64,000 bases of DNA from Saprospiraceae bacterium (GTDB lineage: Bacteria; Bacteroidota; Bacteroidia; Chitinophagales; Saprospiraceae), in NCBI GenBank assembly GCA_016706365.1, contig JADJJU010000011.1:77654-141653 (forward strand). Direction: 5' to 3'. Shown piece by piece: positions 27,698-38,038 of the stretch. Below the pieces are notes generated by a model. That model made no database searches. It was not told the DNA's origin and worked only from the letters and a program-made list of their open reading frames with translations. Position 1 is the first letter of the stretch. Each line of letters opens with the position of its first letter. The translations under genes were made by a program, and so were the position numbers.

Positions 27698-28498
27698 ATG
27701 ACCACAGAACAATTTACAAACGAGTTTGAACTGGCAAGGCCACAGTTAAAATCCTACATTCTTAGGATAACTGCAAGTATGGAAGACTCTGAGGATATTG
27801 TGCAGGATACATATGTAAAAGCACTTATTAAACTTGACACATTTAGAGGCGACAGCTCCGTAAAGACCTGGATTTTTACTATTGCTTCAAATACTGCAAA
27901 GGATAATTTGAGAGCTAAGAAAAGATGGCCTGAAACGGTGACAGACATTTGCAGAGAAAAGGCTTTAGCTAATCCGGGCTATTTTCCTGAAATCAACTCA
28001 TTGATGCAAAATTCTGCACAGACAGCATTTGAAATAAAGGAACACATCACATTTTGTTTGACTTGCATTTCAAAATCGCTTCCATTAGAGCAACAAATTT
28101 GTATCCTGCTTAAAGAAATTTATGATTTTAAAATTGCTGAAATAGCAGAAATCATGGAGACTACCGAAGCAATGGCTAAATACTATTTACATACAGCTCG
28201 CTCAAAAATGGTCGAAATCTATGAAGGCAGATGCGCCTTGATTAATAAAAATGGTGCTTGCCATCAATGTTCTGAACTAAATGGTATATTTAATCCGAAA
28301 CAGGATTTTGAAGTAGAAAAGAAGAAAATAGAATTTGCTAAAAAAGCAAATGACCCTGACAGGGAACATCTATTGGATTTGCGATTTAAAATTATGAAGG
28401 AAATTGACCCATTTAATTCAAATGGCTCCAATTTACAGTTGTTCCATTTAGAGCACAACAAAAAAATAATGGAGAATTTTGAAATAAAAGATGAATAA
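27698..28498 (+). CDS. ECF-type sigma-70 family factor with Cys-containing insert and ~85-aa C-terminal extension
   Basis: Region 2 DIVQDTYVKAL, region 4 ILLKEIYDFKIAEIAEIMETTEAMAKYYLHTARSKM; FCLTC and RCALINKNGACHQC; ATG at 27698 preferred because the 5-prime part of ORF 27545 lies in repeat sequence. Confidence 0.8.
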   Translation: MTTEQFTNEFELARPQLKSYILRITASMEDSEDIVQDTYVKALIKLDTFRGDSSVKTWIFTIASNTAKDNLRAKKRWPETVTDICREKALANPGYFPEINSLMQNSAQTAFEIKEHITFCLTCISKSLPLEQQICILLKEIYDFKIAEIAEIMETTEAMAKYYLHTARSKMVEIYEGRCALINKNGACHQCSELNGIFNPKQDFEVEKKKIEFAKKANDPDREHLLDLRFKIMKEIDPFNSNGSNLQLFHLEHNKKIMENFEIKDE

Positions 28499-28557
28499 AT
28501 CCTATCGATTTGTCTTTGCCAAGCGTCCAAAGGTATTAACAAACAAAATCAGGAACA

Positions 28558-29025
28558 ATGATTTCAGTAACATCAAATGGCCAAGCCATCACCGAAAAGA
28601 AAGTCTTTAGTCGTGAAACCGCCGTAAGCATTGATATTCAGGCTGACAAAAGTATCATATGGGCATTACTTACCAATGCCAATGACTTTCCACGCTGGAA
28701 CTCTACAATTATTTCTATTGATGGAATCATTGCAGCGAATGAAAAAATCAAACTTAAATCAAAACTGGACCCCAAAAGAGAATTCAAATTAGTAGTAAAG
28801 GAATTAGTTCCTGAAACCAAACTCGTTTGGGGAGATGCCATGGGTAAACGCATTTATGCTCTAAAAACTATTGGCCCCAATTTGACAAACTACTATATGA
28901 GTGAAAAAATTGGTGGCCCTATTTTCCCTTTATTTGCAAAAATGATACCTCCGTTTGACCAGGCATTTGAGCAATTTGCAAAAGACCTGAAAACCGAAGC
29001 AGAAATAATTTCTAAAACAAAATAA
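28558..29025 (+). CDS. SRPBCC (polyketide cyclase/START-like) family protein
   Basis: 155 aa; IWALLTNANDFPRWNS pattern. Confidence 0.7.
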   Translation: MISVTSNGQAITEKKVFSRETAVSIDIQADKSIIWALLTNANDFPRWNSTIISIDGIIAANEKIKLKSKLDPKREFKLVVKELVPETKLVWGDAMGKRIYALKTIGPNLTNYYMSEKIGGPIFPLFAKMIPPFDQAFEQFAKDLKTEAEIISKTK

Positions 29026-29036
29026 AATATACTGAC

Positions 29037-29444
29037 ATGGCACATAATATAGGCACAAAAGATAAACCTATGGTATTAAAAACGCCACCTCTGACAAGTG
29101 AATACACCATGCACAATGGCGAAAAAGATGGGAAGGAAGTAATAGTTTGTACAGTTGGTAAAACAGTATTACTATATAACCCGGATTGTATCGACGACTT
29201 ACACAAAATGTTGAAAAAGCACGGAGATTGGATGGAGCTAGGCAGTGCAGACGAACAAAAACCAGCCAAAGATGGGACGGTTGAAGCATGGGGTCGTTCA
29301 GAAAACAATCCAGTTGGGGGTTGGTATGGACTTAAAAAAGGGCTACGCGGACGTTTCGGAATGTATATACCACCATTAATGGAGGCTCTTGGGCTTGCTG
29401 AAGTAACTCACGATCCAAAGGGAAACAAGATGAGAGCAATTTAA
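29037..29444 (+). CDS. conserved hypothetical protein (GGWYGLKKGLRGRFG motif family)
   Basis: 135 aa; I recall this motif family as widespread and uncharacterised but cannot name it reliably. Confidence 0.6.
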   Translation: MAHNIGTKDKPMVLKTPPLTSEYTMHNGEKDGKEVIVCTVGKTVLLYNPDCIDDLHKMLKKHGDWMELGSADEQKPAKDGTVEAWGRSENNPVGGWYGLKKGLRGRFGMYIPPLMEALGLAEVTHDPKGNKMRAI

Positions 29445-29538
29445 GAGTCGAAAGCTCCCTCCACTTGAATTATTTAGATCATATTCGGATGACTGAGTTC
29501 ATGAAGAAAAATTTTACATTTATCTAAAATTATAAATC

Positions 29539-30066
29539 ATGACCCGTTCTGACATCAACCCAATGCCTTTCTATTATGATCGCTACATCAATTTGGTGCC
29601 TGACATCGGCTTGATAGAAGCTTTTCAACAAAGCCTTGAGACCCTGCAAAATCTGGACCTTGAACCATATCACCAATTAGGAGATCAGGTATATGCGGAG
29701 GGGAAATGGACGACCCGACAAATCTTCAGACATCTTAGTGATTGGGAACGTATTTTTTGTTTTAGAGCACTTGTCACAATTCGGGATGTTGGAGCAAGTT
29801 TAGAGCCTTATGATGAAAATGTGATGGCCGATAACAGCAAAGCCAACAACCATAGCCTGGAAGAGACACTTAATGACTTGATCAGGGTTCGAATATCCAC
29901 TATCAGCTTATTCAATGCTTTCGACAATCATGATCTGATGCGTATGATTCAGATGCCAACGAGTCAGATACAGGTATTAGCCAAAGCATTTACCATTATT
30001 GGGCATCAAACGCATCATTTAAATGTGATTGAAGAAAGGTATATGCCGCTTTTGAAAATGAGCTAA
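29539..30066 (+). CDS. DinB family protein
   Basis: 175 aa; four-helix pattern with HLSDWERIF ... IIGHQTHHLNVI. Confidence 0.7.
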   Translation: MTRSDINPMPFYYDRYINLVPDIGLIEAFQQSLETLQNLDLEPYHQLGDQVYAEGKWTTRQIFRHLSDWERIFCFRALVTIRDVGASLEPYDENVMADNSKANNHSLEETLNDLIRVRISTISLFNAFDNHDLMRMIQMPTSQIQVLAKAFTIIGHQTHHLNVIEERYMPLLKMS

Positions 30067-30119
30067 AATCTCAGCTATAATTGATTCAACCTTCCTTATG
30101 ATTTGGCAGTTTATCCTCC

Positions 30120-30677
30120 ATGAAGAGAAAAGTTCTTCCATTGGTATTTACAGTATTGGTATTAACAATAATTATTAAGGGTACTAGTCTGCCCCTGGGG
30201 ATGCTCATCGCCGGACTAAGTATTGCATTTACAGGAGATTTTTATGCCGTACGCAACTCACTTTTACAGATCAGAACGAGATTGGACAAACAAGGCCTGG
30301 AACTCGGTAAGGTAATACCCACGACTCTGGTAATATTTGTGTGGCTGATATACGCTGTGGTGCATTTTCAGGTTTTCATTGCAATGGTGCATTACTTCGA
30401 TTTACCACCGGAATCATTGAAATGGGTTTTTCCTTTGACAGCTTTTAAGGCGCTTTGGCTTGCTTACTATTTGGGGAGTAAACTATCCCCGGCAAAAATA
30501 GAGCCCGGTTATTCTATCTATGATGTTGCATTTCAAATCCCATGGGCAATAGGAGGAGCTATTGCCTGGTACAATTCAAATGCCGGCGGGTACTTCGAAT
30601 GGTCTTTATTAATTTATTCTCTATTCTTGGTCGCAATAATACTTTTGCCATCAATATGCAGACTAAGGATAAAATAA
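30120..30677 (+). CDS. hypothetical polytopic membrane protein
   Basis: 185 aa; about 5 hydrophobic helices. Confidence 0.6.
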   Translation: MKRKVLPLVFTVLVLTIIIKGTSLPLGMLIAGLSIAFTGDFYAVRNSLLQIRTRLDKQGLELGKVIPTTLVIFVWLIYAVVHFQVFIAMVHYFDLPPESLKWVFPLTAFKALWLAYYLGSKLSPAKIEPGYSIYDVAFQIPWAIGGAIAWYNSNAGGYFEWSLLIYSLFLVAIILLPSICRLRIK

Positions 30678-32054
30678 TCATTCAAAAGGGGTCTCGACAA
30701 AGCGGTAGGATTGAGTACTATCCGGAAAGATAAAATATCGCGGATTGAGCTTAGGATAATCAAATACTCCCCAATTGGTAATAAAAGCATCTTTCCTTTC
30801 CATTGTCCAGGATAATTCATTCGCTTCGTTCTCAAGCACAACAGATTGCGTCTTTCCTGTTTTCATTGTAGAAAGCAACCACATTTCATATGGAAATCCC
30901 CAGTTCATCTTCAATAACTTATTGTCTACTCCACTTGCAGGGGTGATAATTTTATCTAAGTTTTTTTCGTTCAATTTATCAGATATGGATTCCAGGTAAG
31001 TAACTCTATCAGTATACTGGCCTGAGATAGAATATATATCGATCATCCTTACAATGAATACAATTGAAATTAAAGCAGTCAAAACTGCTTCTCGTTTGAT
31101 TGATTTAAATACATCCAAAACCAATGGAAACAGCAGCATCATTCCGAGTGGTAAATACAAATTCTCAATGTAAAACTTCTCAGGATTTCTTCCTGCATAA
31201 GTGACATTGATCAACAACAGAAAGAATGCTGAAAAAAGCAGATAATTCAGCAATTGAAACCAATTTTTGGATTTGATATAAAATGCAATGACTGCAATAG
31301 CTCCCAACAACAGCAGATAGTAATCATTTACCAAATACTTTAAAAATTGAACATTTGTATCAATAGTAAAGTAATTTGGAAACAAACTTTTAAAGCTGCT
31401 CAAGCCTCCCATAGCCTGTGAATCGTAGGCAGCTTTGAAGAACAATTGCTTAATGATCAAAATGGAAAAATATATTACTAACTGGCTCCAAAAAAACTGT
31501 GTTCGTTTGTACTTTATTCCAAAGAAAGCAAAACAGTATAAAAATGGGAAAATAAGCAATGGATGCGCAAAGGCAAGAAAGAATGCAATCAGTGTTAAAA
31601 ATGATTGGTACCAAATATTTGGATATTCTTGTAGTAACGATTTATGAAATAAAGCAAAATACAAAACCATGGCCCACATCCCTTGAGGTAACTCAGACTG
31701 AATCCAGAAAAATGTATCAGAAACCAACCAAAAAGTGGACAAAACCACAATTAATGGAAGATCCCGGTCTTTAACTATATATCTGATCAATAAAAAATAT
31801 AGAAACGGAACTACTACAAATGCCATGGAATATAGCATCATAATGGGCTTCAAACTCAGGCCCAGTGCCATTCCACTCAATGGGAAAAGTTGTGTAAGAA
31901 AAGCTATAAATCGTGAATTCTGAATCGCAAAATCTCCCTTTGTGAGGAAAAACAAATGAAAGCTAATATCCAGAAAAACAGTACGCTCCAGATAAAAGTA
32001 AATAGAGGCGATCAAAAGAACAAGGAAGATTGTGTAGCTGAGGCGGGTTATCAT
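30678..32054 (-). CDS. large polytopic membrane protein with C-terminal soluble domain (GT-C-like topology)
   Basis: 458 aa; about 10 TM helices then an ~110-aa hydrophilic tail; no motif I can name. Confidence 0.6.
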   Translation of the reverse strand: MITRLSYTIFLVLLIASIYFYLERTVFLDISFHLFFLTKGDFAIQNSRFIAFLTQLFPLSGMALGLSLKPIMMLYSMAFVVVPFLYFLLIRYIVKDRDLPLIVVLSTFWLVSDTFFWIQSELPQGMWAMVLYFALFHKSLLQEYPNIWYQSFLTLIAFFLAFAHPLLIFPFLYCFAFFGIKYKRTQFFWSQLVIYFSILIIKQLFFKAAYDSQAMGGLSSFKSLFPNYFTIDTNVQFLKYLVNDYYLLLLGAIAVIAFYIKSKNWFQLLNYLLFSAFFLLLINVTYAGRNPEKFYIENLYLPLGMMLLFPLVLDVFKSIKREAVLTALISIVFIVRMIDIYSISGQYTDRVTYLESISDKLNEKNLDKIITPASGVDNKLLKMNWGFPYEMWLLSTMKTGKTQSVVLENEANELSWTMERKDAFITNWGVFDYPKLNPRYFIFPDSTQSYRFVETPFE

Positions 32055-32330
32055 ACTTTATAAAATAAGCATCATGAATCAAACACAAAAAAGAAAGCAA
32101 TCTATAACAATTAAGAGAAATCTCAAATTTAATTCATGCTATTCCAATGCTGGGGGGATTTGACAATTCAAGCCCAATCCAAAGTACTTATGAGTACTGG
32201 AATATTCCATTCTGATGATTGCCAAATACTTTTCTTTAAAACATTTTTCCAGTAAGTACAGCATATCTCCAATATCGATATCGCTAAATTTGAATTTTGT
32301 GATTTACTTTACAGGACAATTGATCTTCCT

Positions 32331-34133
32331 ATGAATCGCTCCGCCTACGCTCTCATATTCTGCTTTTTCATTATGGCATTGGCAGGGAATTTATATTATC
32401 CCAAATGGCAAAAGACCAGAGGAGAAGCAACAATAAGCTGGGATGTGGCAGGTTATTATTTGTATTTACCTGCTTTGTTTATTTATGAAGATATCAAAGG
32501 CTGTGGATTTGCTGACAGTCTCCTCAGAAAATATGAATCATCTCCATATTTTGATCAGGCTTTCAAGCATGAATCCGACAATTATGTCATGAAATATACA
32601 GCAGGGATGGCTGTTCAATATTTGCCATTTTTTGCCATTGCTCATGCCTGGGCATTGAATTCTGATGAATATCCGGCTGATGGATATTCAAGACCATATC
32701 AGTTCATGATTTACTTCGGATGCTTGCTCATTGCCTTCCTGGGTTTATTTTACCTGAGGAAAGTATTGCTTACTTACTTTAATGATAATTCAGTTGCGAT
32801 TACCTTAATACTCATAGCACTGGGAACCAATTTCCTTGAATATGCCTCCATTACTAATGCTATGACACATGGGACGCTGTTTGCCTGGTATTCGATATTG
32901 ATCTACATATCTATGCAACTTCATAAGAATCCCAGCAAATGGTTGGCAATAGGTGCCGGCCTCATCTGTGGCTTGATTGCTTTGACCCGCCCGACTGAAT
33001 TAATTTCTATACTTATTCCGCTTTTATGGGGATCAGATCTACTAAGCAAAAAAGGAATCAGCGATAGATATGATTGGTGGAAGAAGCATTTTGGCTTATT
33101 GATTCTCATGGGAGTCTGCAGCATTATTGCTGGAAGTATTCAGATGATTTACTGGAAATATGCAAGTGGAGACTGGATCGTGTACAGCTATCAGGATCAG
33201 GGCTTCAGTTGGCTCAAACCACATATTTGGAAAGGTCTTTTCAGTTATAATAATGGATGGCTTCCCTACTCGCCGGTCATGATTTTTGCACTGATTGGAT
33301 TCATTTCTCTTTATAGAAAAAGCAAACAAGTTTGGACGGTCCCGGCTTTATACTCTTCACTTTTTATTTACATCGCATTTGCCTGGGATATCTGGTGGTA
33401 TGGGGGCAGTCTGGGACAGAGAACTATGGTTCAGGTATACCCATTATTAGCCTTTCCTTTAGCTGCATTTCTTCAATCTATCAGCAGCACAAAATGGATT
33501 AAATATCCGGTTTACCTGATCATGTTTGCTTGTATTTATGTATCTATGTGGTGGGTCCATCAGGCACATAAGGGTGGTATGTTTCTGACCGAACAAATGA
33601 CCAAAAGATATTACTGGAACGTACTTGGCACATATGAAATAAAAGATGACAATCTAAAATTTCTGGATACAAAAGATGTGTATAAAAGATCTCCCAAAAA
33701 TACCAAAGTGATTTATGAGAATAAGTTAAACGATGGTTCAGTTTATACCGATTGTTCCCTCCCTCCTATTGAAGGAACCGGCACATTTTGTGTAACAAAG
33801 GATGTTAAAAATAGCCCCATTTTTTCAATACCGCTTTTGCCTGGAGCAGCAAAATGGCTTAGAGCTACTGCTACTTTTCAAACAGGATATAAAGAATGGA
33901 ATCATCACAACATGACACAGTTTCACATTCGGGCAATGAAAGGAGATCATCCTGTCAAAGAGAGATTTATCAGAGTCCACCGCTTGCTGCATGATGGGCA
34001 ATTGAAAGATATTCATCAGGACTTTAAACTTCCCAAAGATGATTTTGACAGAATAGAAATATTTTTCTGGCATCCAAATGAAGATAAAGAGCTCAGAATC
34101 GGTAATATCAAAGCTGAGATATTTGACAATTGA
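32331..34133 (+). CDS. putative GT-C fold glycosyltransferase (ArnT/PMT-like topology)
   Basis: 600 aa; first-loop acidic/aromatic motif ISWDVAGYYLYLPA; more than 10 TM helices then a ~190-aa soluble C-terminal domain. Confidence 0.5.
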   Translation: MNRSAYALIFCFFIMALAGNLYYPKWQKTRGEATISWDVAGYYLYLPALFIYEDIKGCGFADSLLRKYESSPYFDQAFKHESDNYVMKYTAGMAVQYLPFFAIAHAWALNSDEYPADGYSRPYQFMIYFGCLLIAFLGLFYLRKVLLTYFNDNSVAITLILIALGTNFLEYASITNAMTHGTLFAWYSILIYISMQLHKNPSKWLAIGAGLICGLIALTRPTELISILIPLLWGSDLLSKKGISDRYDWWKKHFGLLILMGVCSIIAGSIQMIYWKYASGDWIVYSYQDQGFSWLKPHIWKGLFSYNNGWLPYSPVMIFALIGFISLYRKSKQVWTVPALYSSLFIYIAFAWDIWWYGGSLGQRTMVQVYPLLAFPLAAFLQSISSTKWIKYPVYLIMFACIYVSMWWVHQAHKGGMFLTEQMTKRYYWNVLGTYEIKDDNLKFLDTKDVYKRSPKNTKVIYENKLNDGSVYTDCSLPPIEGTGTFCVTKDVKNSPIFSIPLLPGAAKWLRATATFQTGYKEWNHHNMTQFHIRAMKGDHPVKERFIRVHRLLHDGQLKDIHQDFKLPKDDFDRIEIFFWHPNEDKELRIGNIKAEIFDN

Positions 34134-34184
34134 GATTTTTCGGTAAGATGTAAACTTAAACCTTCCATTAACCAAAACACAATC

Positions 34185-35819
34185 ATGAAAATCAATTTTC
34201 CCGGATGGCAAATTCAAAAAATTGAACCCTGGATTTTTGGTCTGATGGTTCTGGTGAATTTAGTACCAATATACTTCAATACTTACTTTCTTACAGGAGA
34301 TGGCCCATGCCACATATATAATGCAAAAGTTCTGCTGGATTTCTGGACAGGTCACAATCAGGAATTTTATGCTCCCTACTACTACCTTAATACAAACTTC
34401 GAACCCAATTATCTGACCAGCTATTTATTGGCATTTTTTCTAAGCTTTTTACCAGATTATCTGGCAGAAAAAGCTTTGCTTACTACGTACCTCCTGACTT
34501 TTGCCTTTTCATTGAGATGGTTACTGGGAAAAATCCATCCGGCTAATAAAATATTTGCGCTCGCAGGATTACCATTCATTTACCAACAGGCATTACAGAT
34601 GGGATTCTTCAATTACTCGATGAGTATTGCACTTATGTTTTTAATTCTGGCTTACTGGCTACATAACAGAGAAAAATTTACTCCATTTAAACAACTGCTA
34701 ATTAGCATTTTAGGAGTCCTGATGTTTTTTACACATGCAGGTGGATTAACCCTTACTATTCTGATACTTGGTTCATTTTGGCTCATGGATTTAATAGTAA
34801 AAACTATTAAGGACAGAAGCGTGGTTAGTAAAAATATAAAAACCTGGAAGAACGAAGCCATCAACTTAATTATCTGTTTTTTGCCGGCAGTTCTATTGCT
34901 ATTAGCTTATATTTCCAGAAAGGGCTTGTCGGTTTCTCCCGGCGCTGATTCATTTGAACAGCTAAAGGAAAGAATTTTTAATCTCAGCGCTTTGGTCAAC
35001 CTTTCAGCTAAGGAGGAAATCTATGCAAGCTATCTTGCATATTTCTTCATTTTTCTTTTAATTGCCGGGATCATAACCAAGATATATTCCAGAAAATTCA
35101 ATGCATTTGATGTATTCTTTCTATTAGCCATACTAGCGATATATGTCTATTTCAATATGCCAAATACGCTGGCTGGAGGAAGCATACTCAGTATCAGGTT
35201 TCAATGTATTCCATATTTCCTATTGATATTATGGTACGGAAGTTTACACTGGCATAATCTGTTTCGCTGGATCACTTTAATTGTGTGTAGCATAATAGGA
35301 ATTGGCTTCATCGCTGTTAGGCAGCCCATTCATAGGTTGGCGTCTAATGGAGTTGTCGAATATACCTCTGTCAGAGAGCACATACCTGATCAATCCACTG
35401 TTCTGCCTTTAAGTTATTCTCACAATGGCAAAACTCCTGAAGGAGACTTAATATGTGAAAAATTGTGGTTATTCATGCATGCTGCTGACTATATCGGTAC
35501 AGATAAAAGCATGGTACTATTTGGCAATTATGAAGCAAACACAGGTTATTTTCCATTATTGTGGCACTGGGATCGCAATCCATTCAGACAACTGGCGGTA
35601 GCTGGAAGAGGATTTGAAGAACAGCCACCCAGTGCTGATATTCGTGCATATCCTGAAAAATCACAAACAGGAAGAATTGATTATGTCATACTTTGGTGCA
35701 TTGAAGAGGATTCTGGTCAGATCGATCATACCAGAAATATTCTAACGCAGCTTGGTGAAAGCTACGAAGCTATTTTCACTTCAGAAAATGGATTAGCTGT
35801 ACTCTACAAACGCAAATAA
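34185..35819 (+). CDS. putative GT-C-like polytopic membrane protein
   Basis: 544 aa; first loop LTGDGPCHIYNAKVLLDF; more than 10 TM helices and a ~170-aa soluble C-terminal domain. Confidence 0.45.
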   Translation: MKINFPGWQIQKIEPWIFGLMVLVNLVPIYFNTYFLTGDGPCHIYNAKVLLDFWTGHNQEFYAPYYYLNTNFEPNYLTSYLLAFFLSFLPDYLAEKALLTTYLLTFAFSLRWLLGKIHPANKIFALAGLPFIYQQALQMGFFNYSMSIALMFLILAYWLHNREKFTPFKQLLISILGVLMFFTHAGGLTLTILILGSFWLMDLIVKTIKDRSVVSKNIKTWKNEAINLIICFLPAVLLLLAYISRKGLSVSPGADSFEQLKERIFNLSALVNLSAKEEIYASYLAYFFIFLLIAGIITKIYSRKFNAFDVFFLLAILAIYVYFNMPNTLAGGSILSIRFQCIPYFLLILWYGSLHWHNLFRWITLIVCSIIGIGFIAVRQPIHRLASNGVVEYTSVREHIPDQSTVLPLSYSHNGKTPEGDLICEKLWLFMHAADYIGTDKSMVLFGNYEANTGYFPLLWHWDRNPFRQLAVAGRGFEEQPPSADIRAYPEKSQTGRIDYVILWCIEEDSGQIDHTRNILTQLGESYEAIFTSENGLAVLYKRK

Positions 35820-36401
35820 ATGAAACCTCAGAAGATATTGTGTGACATTCACTTCTCAATTTTCATTTCATTGATGAAGTTCATATAAGTCAAATCACTT
35901 TGTGTGGCTGAAAAATAATATATAATTAACAAAATCGGGGTGTGTTAATATGTTAATTATTTAGAATATATATTCATTTATTTTACAGCATTTAACATGA
36001 TTGCGTATTGATGATTTAATAAAATCACTTAGACTTTTATTAGAAATCAGAAGTAAACATAGAATATCAACTACAAAAACAAAAATTATATAATAATCAG
36101 CTTACCTTTATTCAAATTTTTATTTGATATGAATAGCTTGATATTCTTCGATTTAGAATAGGTATTTGACTTTGTTTGTAATTCAGGGGCTGTAATTTTG
36201 ATAAACCTATGTGCTGAAATTATTGTAGTTGCTTTACTTGAAATCTTAACCAATTTGGATGCTACGATTTTCTCAGTCAACATTAAAATATTGGCAGTTC
36301 TGTTTCCATCTTTCTTTCAATTTCAATTATGTTATATAATTTTAAAATGATACACATAAAATGTTAAATTTTTATTTTAGAACTAATTCTACTTCCAAAA
36401 T

Positions 36402-37943
36402 ATGAAACTTAAAAATACTCTCCACAGATATTTTAAATCTGGAATGTGCCTATTATTTATTATAGGCTTTTCTACGTCAATAAAAGCCCAATACCTGGAA
36501 CCCTTCTCTACCCCAAACAAAGGGTATCAGATCAATTGTGTAAATGATATCACGGCAATAAACTGGTTTTTAACACCTTGGGATCCGACAGGTACTTGCC
36601 AAACCAGCCCTCCTGATCCTACCACCGATCTCCGGGATCCCACTGATTATTTCAATACAACTGCTGCAGGCCTTCTTGAATGCATTGATCTCGATCAGGA
36701 AGTTTGCTGGGAAAGCCCGCTATTGAATATCAGCTCTGCAGGCACCGTTTCATTTGCCGTTGACTTAGCCTGGAATGGCTTTGATGTGGATGCTGCAGGA
36801 AACAATTGTATAGGTGATTACATCAGAGTCAGTTATAGCCTTAATGGCGGTTCATATACAATGGTACCCAATGTGGTAGGCGGAAACCCATGTGCCACTA
36901 TAGCATATCCATTAAACGCCATGGGAGGGCCATTTAATTCGAGCACAACTGTATCTCAGGGAGGAATCACTGGCACAACATTAAAAATAAGAGTATGTGT
37001 TTTTACAAATGCAAATGCAGAACTTGTTACAATAGATAATGTCAGTGTACCGCAGGCAGGAGTAACCACAGGCTGTGCTGCGCCGATTCTAAGTGCTGTC
37101 ATGACGCAAGTAGGTTGCAGTAATCCCAACTCCGGAGCAATCAACCTAAGTGTATCAGGTGGCACCCCGGGTTATACCTATGATTGGAGCAACAATGGAC
37201 CACAGGCCCCTGACACTGATCTACAAGACCTCAGTGGATTAGCGATTGGAACATACACTGTAACAGTTACAGACGCAGCATCCTGTTCAGCAACAACTGC
37301 TGTCACAGTGACCAATGCCCCGGCTATAACACGCTCCACACAAGTATTAAATACAAATTGTTCAGGAACATCAGATGGAGAAATCGACCTTCTAGTCAGC
37401 GGAGGTGTGCCGGGTTATACTTATGACTGGAGTAACAATGGTGCACAGGCTCCTGATACTGATCCACAGGATTTATTAGGCGTCCCGACCGGAACTTATT
37501 CCGTCACAATCACTGATGCCAGTGGCTGTACTTCCACTACCAGTGCAATGGTAGGGGTTTTGCCCGAAACTGCCTATCTGGAACAATTTAATATTGCAAA
37601 CAAAGGATATCTGATCGGCTTCGTTGATGACTTTTCAGCTGTAAACTGGACATTAAGCTCCTGGACACAAACTGTGTTTGGCCGGCAGACTGAAGACTTT
37701 TTCCGGACATCCGGTGGAGCTTTAGTTGGACAAGATTTTGATCAGGACGTTTGCTGGACCAGTCCGGTTATAGACCGTAATACTGCCACTCAGTTTTCTC
37801 TTGATCTCGCCTGGACAGGATTTGATATTCAGGTAGATGAGTATATTAATGTAAAATACAGTATTGATGGCGGAGCATTTATCACAATACCTAATCAGGT
37901 AGGTGGAGGTACAGGCACGATTCAATATGCAGGAGGACTTTAG
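36402..37943 (+). CDS. secreted SprB-repeat adhesin-like protein, N-terminal part (frameshifted)
   Basis: Signal peptide; ~190-aa domain ending TIDNVSVP; two SprB repeats (GAINLSVSGGTPGYTYDWSNNG, GEIDLLVSGGVPGYTYDWSNNG); second copy of the 190-aa domain is cut at 37941. Confidence 0.8.
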   Translation: MKLKNTLHRYFKSGMCLLFIIGFSTSIKAQYLEPFSTPNKGYQINCVNDITAINWFLTPWDPTGTCQTSPPDPTTDLRDPTDYFNTTAAGLLECIDLDQEVCWESPLLNISSAGTVSFAVDLAWNGFDVDAAGNNCIGDYIRVSYSLNGGSYTMVPNVVGGNPCATIAYPLNAMGGPFNSSTTVSQGGITGTTLKIRVCVFTNANAELVTIDNVSVPQAGVTTGCAAPILSAVMTQVGCSNPNSGAINLSVSGGTPGYTYDWSNNGPQAPDTDLQDLSGLAIGTYTVTVTDAASCSATTAVTVTNAPAITRSTQVLNTNCSGTSDGEIDLLVSGGVPGYTYDWSNNGAQAPDTDPQDLLGVPTGTYSVTITDASGCTSTTSAMVGVLPETAYLEQFNIANKGYLIGFVDDFSAVNWTLSSWTQTVFGRQTEDFFRTSGGALVGQDFDQDVCWTSPVIDRNTATQFSLDLAWTGFDIQVDEYINVKYSIDGGAFITIPNQVGGGTGTIQYAGGL

Positions 37944-38038
37944 ACCAAAATGGTTCTACAACAATTACCAGAACCGGTCTTACCGGAACCACCCTACAAA
38001 TTCAGGTCTGCGGACAATTCAATGCTGATGCTGAAACC

